This document shows, piece by piece, positions 33,601 to 42,899 of a stretch of 64,000 bases of DNA. Source of the stretch: Vicinamibacterales bacterium (GTDB lineage: Bacteria > Acidobacteriota > Vicinamibacteria > Vicinamibacterales > SCN-69-37); assembly GCA_035512575.1 (NCBI GenBank), contig DATKDT010000073.1:1519-65518 (forward strand), read 5' to 3'. Position 1 is the stretch's first letter; every line of letters begins with the position of its first letter. The translations under genes and the position numbers were made by a program. The notes under the pieces were generated by a model, which did not search any database, had not been told where the DNA came from, and saw nothing but the letters and a program-made list of their open reading frames with translations.

Positions 33601-35372
33601 ACACCTGGCAGCGGCTCGTCGGCTACGCGCTCCGCTACCGCGGCCGGCTGCTCGTGGCGCTGGTCGCGATGCTCGCGTACGGCGCGGGGTCGCTGGCCAT
33701 GCCGGCGCTGATCAAGCAGGTGCTCGACATCCTGAGCAAGGAACCGCGTGCGGAAGGCATCAACGCCGCGTGGATTGGCGGCCTCATCCTGCTCGCGTAT
33801 TTCGTCAAGGGCATCGGGTCGTACGTGTCGGACTACGAGATGACCTGGGTGGGCCAGCGCGTGGTGATGGATATCCGCGTGAAGCTGTTCCGCCACGTGC
33901 TCGATCAGTCCGCGGCGTTCTTCAGCAAGAAGACGGTCGGCCAGCTCGTGTCGCGCCTCACGGCCGACGTCGCGCACGTGCAGCGCGTCGTCGCCAAGAC
34001 GGTGGCGGAGCTCGCGCGCGAGTCGCTCGCGCTGGTCGGCCTTGCCGGGTATCTGTTCTACATCGACTGGGAGCTTGCCGTTGCCGTCGTGATTACGGCG
34101 CCGCTGGTGGTCTATCCGCTCATTCGCTTCGGACAGCGCGTTCGGAGCACGACACGCAGGAGCCAGGAGGATCAGGAACAGATCGCGCACATCGCGAACG
34201 AGGCGTTCACGGGCCACCGCATCGTGAAGGCCTTCGGCGCCGAACAGTTCGAGGAGACCAAGTTCCACGAGGCGTCGCACCGCCTGTTCCGCACCAACAT
34301 GAAGGTCACCAGCGCCGTGTCGGCGCTGCCGCCACTGATGGAGATCATCGGCGGCTGCGCCGTTGTCGGCCTGCTCTGGTACGGGATGCGCGAGATCCGG
34401 CTCAACAACATGACGGCCGGCGACTTCGGCTCGTTCCTGGCCGCGGCGATTCTGATGTACGGCCCGATGCGCAAACTGAGCCGCGTCAACGCCGACCTGC
34501 AGCAGGGCATGGTGGCCGGCCAGCGGATTTTCGAGCTGATGGACCGGCACACCGAAGTGCGCGAACGCGAGCACGCGCGGCCGCTGCCGCGCCTGCATGA
34601 AGGCGTCACGTTCGACCGCGTCGGCTTCCAGTACGAGGACCACGACGGCCAGCACACGCTGCGCGACGTGTCGTTCGAGGTCGGCGCCGGCCAGGTGGCC
34701 GCCATCGTCGGCCTGAGCGGCGCGGGCAAGACGACGCTGGTGAACCTGATTCCGCGCTTCTACGACGTCACGGAAGGCGCCATCCGCATCGACAATGTCG
34801 ACGTGCGCGACGTCACGCTGCGGTCGCTGCGCGACCAGATTGCGCTCGTGACGCAGGAGACGGTGCTGTTTGACGACACGATTGCCGCCAACATCGCGTT
34901 CGGCCGCCCCGCGGCGTCGCCGGGCGAGATCGAGAGCGCCGCGCGCGCGGCGCACGCGCACGACTTCATCATGGCGCTGCCGCGCGGCTACGACACGTCG
35001 ATCGGCGAGCGCGGCCAGCGCCTCTCGGGCGGCCAGCGCCAGCGGCTCGCCATTGCCCGCGCGCTGGTGCGCGACGCGCCGCTGCTGATCCTCGACGAGG
35101 CGACGTCGTCGCTCGACGCCGAGTCGGAGGGCCTCGTGCAGGACGCGCTCCCGACGCTCATGAAGAACCGGACGACCTTCGTGATTGCGCACCGGCTGTC
35201 CACGGTGCGGCGCGCCGACATGATTATTGCGCTCGACAGGGGACAGGTCGTGGAGATCGGCCGCCACGACGAGTTGGTCGGACGCCCCGGCGGCGTCTAC
35301 GCGCGGCTGTACGCGCTGCAGGCTTTCGACGAGAAGCGCAGCGAGCGGCAGGCGGCAAAGGGCGCATCGTGA
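33597..35372 (+). CDS. ABC exporter, fused permease/ATPase (MsbA-like lipid/polysaccharide exporter)
   Basis: In-frame ATG at 33597 and a six-TM-type N-terminal half. Walker A GLSGAGKTT, signature LSGGQRQR, and Walker B LLILDEATS. Confidence 0.9.
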   Translation: MNTWQRLVGYALRYRGRLLVALVAMLAYGAGSLAMPALIKQVLDILSKEPRAEGINAAWIGGLILLAYFVKGIGSYVSDYEMTWVGQRVVMDIRVKLFRHVLDQSAAFFSKKTVGQLVSRLTADVAHVQRVVAKTVAELARESLALVGLAGYLFYIDWELAVAVVITAPLVVYPLIRFGQRVRSTTRRSQEDQEQIAHIANEAFTGHRIVKAFGAEQFEETKFHEASHRLFRTNMKVTSAVSALPPLMEIIGGCAVVGLLWYGMREIRLNNMTAGDFGSFLAAAILMYGPMRKLSRVNADLQQGMVAGQRIFELMDRHTEVREREHARPLPRLHEGVTFDRVGFQYEDHDGQHTLRDVSFEVGAGQVAAIVGLSGAGKTTLVNLIPRFYDVTEGAIRIDNVDVRDVTLRSLRDQIALVTQETVLFDDTIAANIAFGRPAASPGEIESAARAAHAHDFIMALPRGYDTSIGERGQRLSGGQRQRLAIARALVRDAPLLILDEATSSLDAESEGLVQDALPTLMKNRTTFVIAHRLSTVRRADMIIALDRGQVVEIGRHDELVGRPGGVYARLYALQAFDEKRSERQAAKGAS

Positions 35373-36265
35373 TCAAGTCGATGACCGGGTTCGCGTCGCT
35401 GACGCGCGAGGACGCGGCGGCGACCGTCAGCGTCACCATCAAGTCGGTGAACCACCGCTTTCTGGATCTGCAGCTGCGGCTGCCGTCGATGCTGCAGCAC
35501 CTGGAAGGCGCGCTGCGCGCGCGCGTGCAGGCCGTCGTCGCGCGCGGGCGCGTCGAAGTGGCCGTTTCGATGCAGCTGCGGCACACCGCCTCGTACGCGG
35601 TGGACGTGAACGAATCGGTCGTGGCGGCCCTGTATTCCGCGACGGCGCCGATGCGCGAGGCGGGCATCGTGACCGGGCAGCTGACGCTCGGTGATTTGCT
35701 CAGGATTCCTCAGGCGATCGCGGTGCGCGAGGAAGCGGCCGGGTCGGCAACCGCGGAAGGCGGCACCGTGGCCGACGCGCTCGTGGTGGCCACCGTATCG
35801 GAGGCCCTCGAGGCGCTGGACGTCATGCGGACAACGGAGGGCGATCTGCTGCGCGTCGATCTCGATCAGCGGTGCGCGGGCCTTGCCGCGATCGTCGAGC
35901 GCATCGTCGAGGAGTCGAAGACGGCGCAGGGCACGCTGCAGGCCCGGCTGCAGGAGCGTGTGTCGGGGTTGAACATCGACCCGGCTGGCGATCCGGCGGC
36001 GCTGGCGGCAGAGATCGTCCGCTTCGTCGCGCGCTCCGACATCGAAGAGGAGATCGTCCGCTTCCGCAGCCATGTCAGTCACTGGAAGGCGCTGGCCGAG
36101 TCGGCCGAGCCGTGCGGCCGCAAGCTGGACTTCCTGATTCAGGAAATGAACCGCGAGATCAACACCATGGGTTCGAAGGCCGAGGGGCCGTCGGTGCCGG
36201 CGCATGTGGTGACGGCGAAGGCGGAGCTCGAGCGGCTCCGCGAGCAGGTGCAGAATGTCGAGTAG
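35369..36265 (+). CDS. yicC: YicC-family protein
   Basis: MIKSMTGFAS N-terminus and C-terminal EEIVRFRSH...DFLIQEMNREINTMGSKA, typical of YicC. GTGA overlap with the upstream gene. Confidence 0.85.
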   Translation: MIKSMTGFASLTREDAAATVSVTIKSVNHRFLDLQLRLPSMLQHLEGALRARVQAVVARGRVEVAVSMQLRHTASYAVDVNESVVAALYSATAPMREAGIVTGQLTLGDLLRIPQAIAVREEAAGSATAEGGTVADALVVATVSEALEALDVMRTTEGDLLRVDLDQRCAGLAAIVERIVEESKTAQGTLQARLQERVSGLNIDPAGDPAALAAEIVRFVARSDIEEEIVRFRSHVSHWKALAESAEPCGRKLDFLIQEMNREINTMGSKAEGPSVPAHVVTAKAELERLREQVQNVE

Positions 36266-36280
36266 CGCGGCGGATTGTAA

Positions 36281-36937
36281 ATGGTAAATCGACCCGCAAG
36301 CGCGGATGACTGGGCTTGCCGCCAGGGCCGGGGCATTCTGTTCGTCGTCTCGGCCCCCTCGGGCACGGGAAAGACAACGCTGGTGGAGCGGCTGGTGCGG
36401 GCCGTGCCGGGACTGCAGATGTCGCGGTCGTACACGTCGCGGGCGACGCGGCCGGGCGAGGCGGACGGCGTCGACTATAATTTCATCAGCCGTCAGGACT
36501 TCGAGTCGCGCATCGCGCTCGAGCAGTTCCTGGAATGGGCCGACGTGTTCGGCAACCTCTACGGCACCGGCCTGTCGGACACCGAGCAGCAGCTCGCCAG
36601 CGGCTGCGATCTGGTGCTCACCATCGACGTTCAGGGGGCCAGACAGGTGCGCGCGAAGCCGATTCCCACCGTGGGGGTCTTCGTGCTGCCGCCGTCGTTC
36701 GACGCACTGGAACAGCGGCTGCGCGGACGCAGCAAGGACAGTGAAGAGGCCATCCAGCGCCGGCTCGCGACGGCGCGCGACGAGGTGTCGGCGTTCAGCG
36801 AATACGACTACGTCGTCGTCAACGACGACATCGACGGATGCGTGGAGCGCATGAAGGCGATCGTCATCGCGGAGCGGACGCGGCTCGAACCCGCGCGCGG
36901 GATCGCGGACGGCGTCATAGAGACGTTCAAGAGGTAG
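36281..36937 (+). CDS. gmk: guanylate kinase
   Basis: P-loop SAPSGTGKTTLV, YTSRATRPGE.DGVDYNF, and EWADVFGNLYGT. The exact start is uncertain, because ATG 36281 lies inside a fragment of the TGTAAAT element. Confidence 0.85.
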   Translation: MVNRPASADDWACRQGRGILFVVSAPSGTGKTTLVERLVRAVPGLQMSRSYTSRATRPGEADGVDYNFISRQDFESRIALEQFLEWADVFGNLYGTGLSDTEQQLASGCDLVLTIDVQGARQVRAKPIPTVGVFVLPPSFDALEQRLRGRSKDSEEAIQRRLATARDEVSAFSEYDYVVVNDDIDGCVERMKAIVIAERTRLEPARGIADGVIETFKR

Positions 36938-36941
36938 CAAC

Positions 36942-37124
36942 ATGTCAGATCAGAATCGTTTCGAGTTCGTGACCGTCGCCAGCGCGCGGGCCAGGCAGCT
37001 GCTCGAGGGCTGCACGCCGCGCGTGGAAGGATCGGCCAAGCCGGCGCGCCGCGCCGTGCAGGAAGTGACGGCCGGCGCGGTCAAGGCCGTCGAACCGGAG
37101 ACGAAAGGCAGCGCGGGCCGTTAG
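36942..37124 (+). CDS. rpoZ: DNA-directed RNA polymerase subunit omega
   Basis: Small ORF with NRFEFVTVASARARQL, typical of RpoZ. It sits in the conserved gmk-rpoZ position. Confidence 0.8.
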   Translation: MSDQNRFEFVTVASARARQLLEGCTPRVEGSAKPARRAVQEVTAGAVKAVEPETKGSAGR

Positions 37125-37143
37125 GCCTGCGGACGAATCCACA

Positions 37144-38400
37144 ATGGCGCTGATTGGGCTCGGCGTCGGCGGCGGTATCGGCGCCTACAAGGCGCTCGAG
37201 GTCGCCCGCGGTCTGCAGAAGAACGGCCACGACGTGGTCGCGCTGCTGACGCGCAACGCCCGCCGGTTCATCACGCCGCTCACGTTCGAAGCCATCACGC
37301 ACCGCCCGGTGCTGATGAATCAGTTCGCCCCGGGCGTCAACACCGACATCGAGCACATCGCGGTCGCCAACGACATTGCGCTGCTCGTCGTGGCGCCGGC
37401 GACGGCCAACATCCTCGCCAAATTCGCGCATGGCATCGCCGACGACTACCTCTCGACGCTGTTCCTGGCCACACCGGCGCCCGTGCTGCTGGCGCCGGCG
37501 ATGAACACGCGGATGCTCGAGCATCCCGCCGTGCAGGAGAACGCGCGCATTCTCGCCGCGCGCGGCGTGCGGTTCGTCGATCCCGGCGCGGGATATCTGG
37601 CGTGCGGCTGGATCGGCAAGGGCCGGCTCGCCGAGCCTGCGGAGATCGTGGCCGCCGCCGAGGAGATGCTTGCCGCGAGACGCGACCCGGTTAGATTTCC
37701 CCGGTTCGACATGGCAGAAACGAACCGGGGAAATCTAACCGGGTCGCGTCTCGTCGTCACGGCGGGGCCGACGTTCGAGGACATAGACGCCGTGCGGTTT
37801 ATCGGCAATCGATCGAGCGGCCGGATGGGCTACGCGCTGGCGGCAGAGGCGTCGCGGCGCGGCGCGATGGTGTCGCTGATTTCGGGGCCGACGCATCTGC
37901 CGGCGCCGGAAGGCGTGAGCGTGGAGTCGGTGCGGAGCGCCGCCGAGATGCACGCGGCGGTGACGCGCGCGGCGGCCGGCGCCGACGCCGTCATCATGGC
38001 CGCTGCCGTCGCCGACTACGCGCCCGACGGAGGCGCGATCGGCACCAAGAAGGCGAAAGCCGAGGAGGCGTGGTCGCTGCGGCTGACGCGGACGCGCGAC
38101 ATTCTGGCGGAACTGGGCGCCGCGCGCAACGGCGGCCGGCCGGTGCTCGTGGGCTTCGCCGCCCAGACGGGCGACCCGGTGCCGGCGGCCGTGAAGAAGC
38201 TGGCGTCGAAGCATGCCGACCTGATCGTGGCCAACGACGTCTCGAAGCCGGGCTCTGGGTTCGACGTCGACACGAACGAAATCACCCTGGTCGACGCGCA
38301 CGGCGCCGAGCCGCTGCCGCTCATGTCGAAAGACGATGCCGCGGGCGCGATTCTGGATCGCGTGGCGCGCCTGCTCGCTGCTAAGATCGTCGCGCAGTGA
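37144..38400 (+). CDS. coaBC: bifunctional phosphopantothenoylcysteine decarboxylase / phosphopantothenate-cysteine ligase
   Basis: CoaC flavoprotein half ([14 protein letters not shown]..., PAMNTRM). CoaB half ([30 protein letters not shown]). A 26-codon palindromic insert lies in the interdomain linker. Confidence 0.9.
   Translation: MALIGLGVGGGIGAYKALEVARGLQKNGHDVVALLTRNARRFITPLTFEAITHRPVLMNQFAPGVNTDIEHIAVANDIALLVVAPATANILAKFAHGIADDYLSTLFLATPAPVLLAPAMNTRMLEHPAVQENARILAARGVRFVDPGAGYLACGWIGKGRLAEPAEIVAAAEEMLAARRDPVRFPRFDMAETNRGNLTGSRLVVTAGPTFEDIDAVRFIGNRSSGRMGYALAAEASRRGAMVSLISGPTHLPAPEGVSVESVRSAAEMHAAVTRAAAGADAVIMAAAVADYAPDGGAIGTKKAKAEEAWSLRLTRTRDILAELGAARNGGRPVLVGFAAQTGDPVPAAVKKLASKHADLIVANDVSKPGSGFDVDTNEITLVDAHGAEPLPLMSKDDAAGAILDRVARLLAAKIVAQ
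37676..37753. repeat. perfect 78-bp palindrome (33-bp arms, 12-nt spacer) inside coaBC reading frame
   Basis: 37676-37708 (cgagacgcgacccggttagatttccccggttcg) is the exact reverse complement of 37721-37753. The length is 26 codons with no stop. Confidence 0.95.
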
Positions 38401-39158
38401 CCAACCCGGATCTCTCCGAGCATCTGCGCTGGGCCGAAACGCTCGGCGTGACCGGCTTCTCGCGCGACCCCAAGTGGCGAACGCGCGCCGCAGAGGCAGG
38501 CGCGGCCTCGTCCGGGCCCGCGCGCAGCGTGACAGCCGATCCACCGGCTACCGGCAACCGGTTACCCTCCTCCGCGCTGCGCGCTTCAGAGGGCAGGCCG
38601 GCAACCGATCTGGCCTCCATCCGTTCCGATCTCGGCGACTGCACGCGGTGCAAGCTGTATGCGCTCGGGCGGAAGCAGATCGTGTTCGGCGAGGGCAATC
38701 CCGACGCCGATCTGATGTTCATCGGCGAGGCGCCGGGCGCCGACGAGGACGCGCAGGGCGTGCCGTTCATCGGCCGCGCCGGCCAGCTGTTGACCAGGAT
38801 TATCGAGGCCATCGGCCTCACGCGTGAACAGGTCTACATCGCCAACGTCATCAAGTGCCGGCCGCCCGGCAACCGCAATCCCGAGCCGGATGAGATCGCC
38901 GAGTGCGAGCCGTTCCTGCTGCGGCAGATCGAGAGCGTGCGGCCGAAGGTGATCGTGGCGCTCGGGACGTTCGCCGCGCACACGCTGCTGCGCACCGACG
39001 CGCCCATCTCGAGGCTGCGCGGCACGTTCCACGAATATCACGGCGCGAAACTGCTGCCGACGTTCCATCCTGCCTATCTGCTGCGCAGTCCCGAACGCAA
39101 GCGCGACGTCTGGGACGACATGAAGAAAGTGCGCGCAGTGCTGGCCGGCGAGGCCTAA
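38397..39158 (+). CDS. uracil-DNA glycosylase, family 4
   Basis: CTRCKL Fe-S region, motif [22 protein letters not shown], and motif [14 protein letters not shown] overlap with coaBC. The N-terminal extension contains a 3 x 7-bp repeat. Confidence 0.85.
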   Translation: MTNPDLSEHLRWAETLGVTGFSRDPKWRTRAAEAGAASSGPARSVTADPPATGNRLPSSALRASEGRPATDLASIRSDLGDCTRCKLYALGRKQIVFGEGNPDADLMFIGEAPGADEDAQGVPFIGRAGQLLTRIIEAIGLTREQVYIANVIKCRPPGNRNPEPDEIAECEPFLLRQIESVRPKVIVALGTFAAHTLLRTDAPISRLRGTFHEYHGAKLLPTFHPAYLLRSPERKRDVWDDMKKVRAVLAGEA

Positions 39159-41579
39159 GTGTCCGCGCGTCATGTGTCTGTGGCGGTGCCGGTGCCCGGC
39201 CTGCCGCCGCTGACCTATCGCGTCCCCGCGCATCTTCCACTCCCCGAACCAGGAACCCGCGTGCTGGTGCCCGTGGGAACTCGAACCGTTACGGGCTGGG
39301 TCGTCCCTCCTGAACCGAACGGGGAACAGGGAACGGGGAACCTCAAGGAACTTCTCGAGGTTCTCGACCCCGAACCGCTGCTGCCGCGCGAAATCGTCGA
39401 CCTGGCGCTGTGGACGGCTGATTACTACCTTGCGGGTCCTGGCGAAGCGCTGGCCGCCGCGATGCCGCCGCAAAGCGCCGTCTTCTCACGGCGCGTCGTC
39501 AGCCTGACGGAGGTGGGCCGCGCCAACGAACTGCAGGTCGGCCTGCGCAGGCGCGCGCTCGATCTGCTCCGCGAGCACGACACGCTGGCGGTCGATTCGC
39601 TGATCAGGAGGCTCGAGGACCGGACGGCAAAAGGGGCGGTGGATGGGCTGCTGCGCGACGGCCTTGTCGCGATCTCGCAGCCGCTCGAAGGACGCCGCGA
39701 GGCGTTTCGCAGCGTGGCGCGCGTGCGCCTCACCGCGCTGGGCGACGATCCCGCCGTCACGCGCCCGAAGCGCCAGGGCGAGCTGCTCGCGCTGCTGCGG
39801 GGCACGCCCGACGGCCTGACCTCGCGCGAGCTCGACGCGAGAGGCATCGGCTGGGACGTCGCCAAACGCCTCGCCGCCTCGGGCCTGGCCGCGATCGATC
39901 AGGTGCGGATCGATCGGAATCCATTTAATGGGGACAGACCCCATTTTTCAGTTTCGGCAACACCGCGCGCGCTCACTGACGAACAGGTTGCCGCCGTCGA
40001 GACCCTGACGGCACTTCTCGCCGCCCGGGCCTTTGCCGTCGGCCTCCTGCACGGCGTCACCGGATCAGGCAAGACGGAGGTCTACCTCCGCCTCGCCGCG
40101 CGCGCGATGGAACAACAGCGCCGCGTGCTGATTCTCGTCCCCGAAATCGCGCTCACGCCGGCCGCCGCCGCGATCTTCCGCGCCGCGTTCGGCGATCGCG
40201 TCGCCATCCAGCACAGCGCCCTCTCGGACGGCGAGCGCCACGATCAGTGGCATCGCATCCGCCGCGGCGACGTCGACGTCGTCGTCGGCACCCGCTCCGC
40301 CGTGTTCGCGCCGCTGCCCAATGTGGGCCTAATTGTCGTGGACGAGGAGCACGACGGCTCCTTCAAGCAGGACGAGTCCCCCCGCTATCACGGCCGCGAC
40401 GTCGCGATCGTGCGGGCCCGCAATGCCGGCGCGCTGATCGTGCTTGGCTCCGCCACGCCCGCGCTCGAAACCTTCGAAAATGCCCGCCAGGGCCGGTATC
40501 GGCTGGTGACGATGGCGCGGAGGGTGATGGATCGGCCGCTGGCGGCGGTGCAGGTCGTGGACATGCAGGGGGAGTTCGCGGAGCGCGGCGCCGACATCGT
40601 CCTGAGCAGGCCGCTCGAGGAGGCGCTGAAGGCGCATCTTGCGCGCGGCGAGCAGGCGGTCGTGCTGCTGAACCGCCGCGGCTTCGCGACGCTGATGTTC
40701 TGCCGGCAGTGCGGCCACTCGCTCGAGTGTCCGAACTGCAGCCTGTCGCTGACCATTCACAAGGCCACGCGGCGGGCGCGCTGCCACTACTGCAACCACG
40801 CGGTGCCGCTGCCCAACAAGTGTGTCAAGTGCGGCGGCGAATTCATGGAGCAGAGCGGCTTCGGCACCGAGCGGGTCGAGGCCGAGATTCGGGCGCTGCT
40901 GCCCGATGCGCGTGTCACGCGCGTCGATCGCGACACGGTCCGCCGGCGGGGCGCCATCAGCGGCGTCCTCGAGGCGATGGCGGCGCGCAAAATCGACGTG
41001 CTCGTGGGCACGCAGATGATCGCGAAAGGGCACGACTTTCCTGAGGTGACGCTGGTGGGCGTCGTGTCGGCCGACGTCGGCCTCGGCATGCCCGACTTCA
41101 GGGCGGGGGAGCGCACGTTTCAGCTCTTGACACAGGTCTCGGGCCGGGCGGGCCGCGGCGACAAGCCGGGTCTGGCCATCGTGCAGACGCTGGTGCCGAA
41201 GCACTACGGCATCCAGCACGCGACACGTCAGGACTATCTTGGGTTTTTCGAGGACGAGATGACCTTCCGGCGCTCGATGCGGTATCCGCCCGCGGCGTCA
41301 CTGATCAATGTCGTCGTGCGTGGGCCGTCGGCGGGCGAGGCAATGGATCTCGCGGCCGACCTCGCGAAGCGCGTCCGTCAGGCGCCGTCGCCCGACATCC
41401 GCGTCCTCGGCCCCGCGCCCGCGCCGCTCGCGCGCATCAAGGGCGAGCACCGCGCGCAGTTCTTCATCAAGGGCACGGCGCGCGGCCGCATGCGCGACGC
41501 GCTGCGCGCGGCCGTCGAGGATCGCGCCGACGCGCGCCGGCGCATCAGCATCGACGTCGATCCACTGTCGGTGCTCTAG
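39159..41579 (+). CDS. priA: primosomal protein N' (replication restart helicase PriA)
   Basis: Walker A GVTGSGKTEVY and DEEHD. Zn-binding CRQCGHSLECPNC...CHYCNH...CVKCGG. C-terminal domain present. Confidence 0.9.
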   Translation: MSARHVSVAVPVPGLPPLTYRVPAHLPLPEPGTRVLVPVGTRTVTGWVVPPEPNGEQGTGNLKELLEVLDPEPLLPREIVDLALWTADYYLAGPGEALAAAMPPQSAVFSRRVVSLTEVGRANELQVGLRRRALDLLREHDTLAVDSLIRRLEDRTAKGAVDGLLRDGLVAISQPLEGRREAFRSVARVRLTALGDDPAVTRPKRQGELLALLRGTPDGLTSRELDARGIGWDVAKRLAASGLAAIDQVRIDRNPFNGDRPHFSVSATPRALTDEQVAAVETLTALLAARAFAVGLLHGVTGSGKTEVYLRLAARAMEQQRRVLILVPEIALTPAAAAIFRAAFGDRVAIQHSALSDGERHDQWHRIRRGDVDVVVGTRSAVFAPLPNVGLIVVDEEHDGSFKQDESPRYHGRDVAIVRARNAGALIVLGSATPALETFENARQGRYRLVTMARRVMDRPLAAVQVVDMQGEFAERGADIVLSRPLEEALKAHLARGEQAVVLLNRRGFATLMFCRQCGHSLECPNCSLSLTIHKATRRARCHYCNHAVPLPNKCVKCGGEFMEQSGFGTERVEAEIRALLPDARVTRVDRDTVRRRGAISGVLEAMAARKIDVLVGTQMIAKGHDFPEVTLVGVVSADVGLGMPDFRAGERTFQLLTQVSGRAGRGDKPGLAIVQTLVPKHYGIQHATRQDYLGFFEDEMTFRRSMRYPPAASLINVVVRGPSAGEAMDLAADLAKRVRQAPSPDIRVLGPAPAPLARIKGEHRAQFFIKGTARGRMRDALRAAVEDRADARRRISIDVDPLSVL

Positions 41580-41717
41580 CAGGCGTTACGTTGGCAAATT
41601 CTGCAACCCGCGTCACTCGGTCCGCCTGCAGGATCTGCGTCCCCTTCCACGTAGTCTCTGATTGCGCGGCGAATCCGCGAGTTAGCGTCCGGCACGCTGT
41701 TCGCAGAGTCCCCGCTT

Positions 41718-42711
41718 GTGGAGACTCCCGCGGGCCACAGCCGTGACCGGCCGCAGACTCTGCTCGCCGCCGTGCGGGCCAGCCTGCGCGCGAAGCACTA
41801 TTCGCCTCGCACAGAAGAGGCCTACGTTGGCTGGATTCGCCGGTTCATCCGGTTCCACGGGAGGCGCCATCCGCGCGAGATGGGCGAGACGGAGGTTGTG
41901 ACGTTTCTCTCATCCCTGGCCGTCGATGGTCATGTTGCGGCGTCGACGCAGAATCAGGCCCTGAGTGCGCTCATCTTTCTGTACGGCGACGTGTTGAACG
42001 TCGAGCTGGACTGGCTCCAGGGGCTTGTGCGAGCGAAGCGCCCCGAGCGCATCCCGGTTGTGCTGACGCGGGACGAAGTCGCCCGGCTTCTGTCCGAGCT
42101 GAATGGCACGGGGTGGTTGATGGCGTCGCTCATGTACGGCGCCGGCCTGCGGCTGCTCGAATGCGCGGAGTTGCGTATCAAGGATCTCGACCTGACGGCA
42201 CGTGAGATTCGTGTCCGCGACGGAAAGGGCCGCAAAGACCGTGTCACAGTCATTCCGGCCAGGCTTGTCGAGCCTCTAGCAGCGAAGCTGGCCGTCACTC
42301 GTGTGCTGCACGGCCGTGATATCGCCGCAGGCGCCGGCTGGGTGTCCCTGCCAGACGCGCTTGGGCGGAAGTTCCCTCGCGCGGGCCGTGAGATCGCGTG
42401 GCAGTGGTTGTTTCCCGCGACTCGGACGTACGTCGACAGGGAAACGGGTCAGCACCGCCGTCATCACCTTACACGAGTCGGTGCTCCAGCGGGCCGTTAA
42501 GGCAGCCGTTGAGCGCGCCGGTCTGACGAAGCGGGCAAGCTGCCATACGTTGCGGCACTCTTTCGCCACGCACCTGCTCGAGGCTGGCTACGATATCCGG
42601 ACGATTCAGGAACTGCTTGGGCATCGCGACGTGAGCACGACGATGATCTATACCCACGTGTTGAACAAGGGCGGGCGAGGCGTGAGGAGCCCTCTTGACG
42701 AGCTGAGATAG
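41718..42711 (+). pseudogene. intI: integron integrase, disrupted by a 1-nt frameshift near 42471
   Basis: ORFs 41718-42500 and 42301-42711 together read like IntI. Matches: HYSPRTEEAYVGWIRRFIRFHG, the IntI-specific patch [24 protein letters not shown]...[15 protein letters not shown], and [52 protein letters not shown]. An extra A between codons CTT and CAC breaks the frame. Confidence 0.9.
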
Positions 42712-42899
42712 CGCGCGCAACATATCCGACTACGCCGACCGGCCTAATCGACCGCTGCGTCTGTCGCCATATCGCCGCAAACCGCGGATTTGTCAGGGTT
42801 TGATTGACACCGGCCACGTGACGGAGCGCCTGTTTAGGCTGCGAGAGCGACCCGGATTGGCAAGTTACTATACGTTATGGAGTCCCAAATGAGGGTCCA

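Noticed and set aside
26972-36943. Long ORFs antisense to the EPS, ugd, ABC transporter and yicC/gmk genes (26972-28753 +, 31187-32572 -, 33591-35267 -, 35297-36943 -)
   Set aside because: No motifs and extreme Arg/Asp/His/Ala content. The opposite strand carries conserved, motif-bearing proteins with ATGA-type coupling.
41580-41717. attI upstream of intI (the classical divergent position)
   Set aside because: priA ends at 41579, so there is no room for an array on that side. No convincing GTTRRRY core is present (only gttagcg and gttggca). The attC polarity points to an array downstream of intI.
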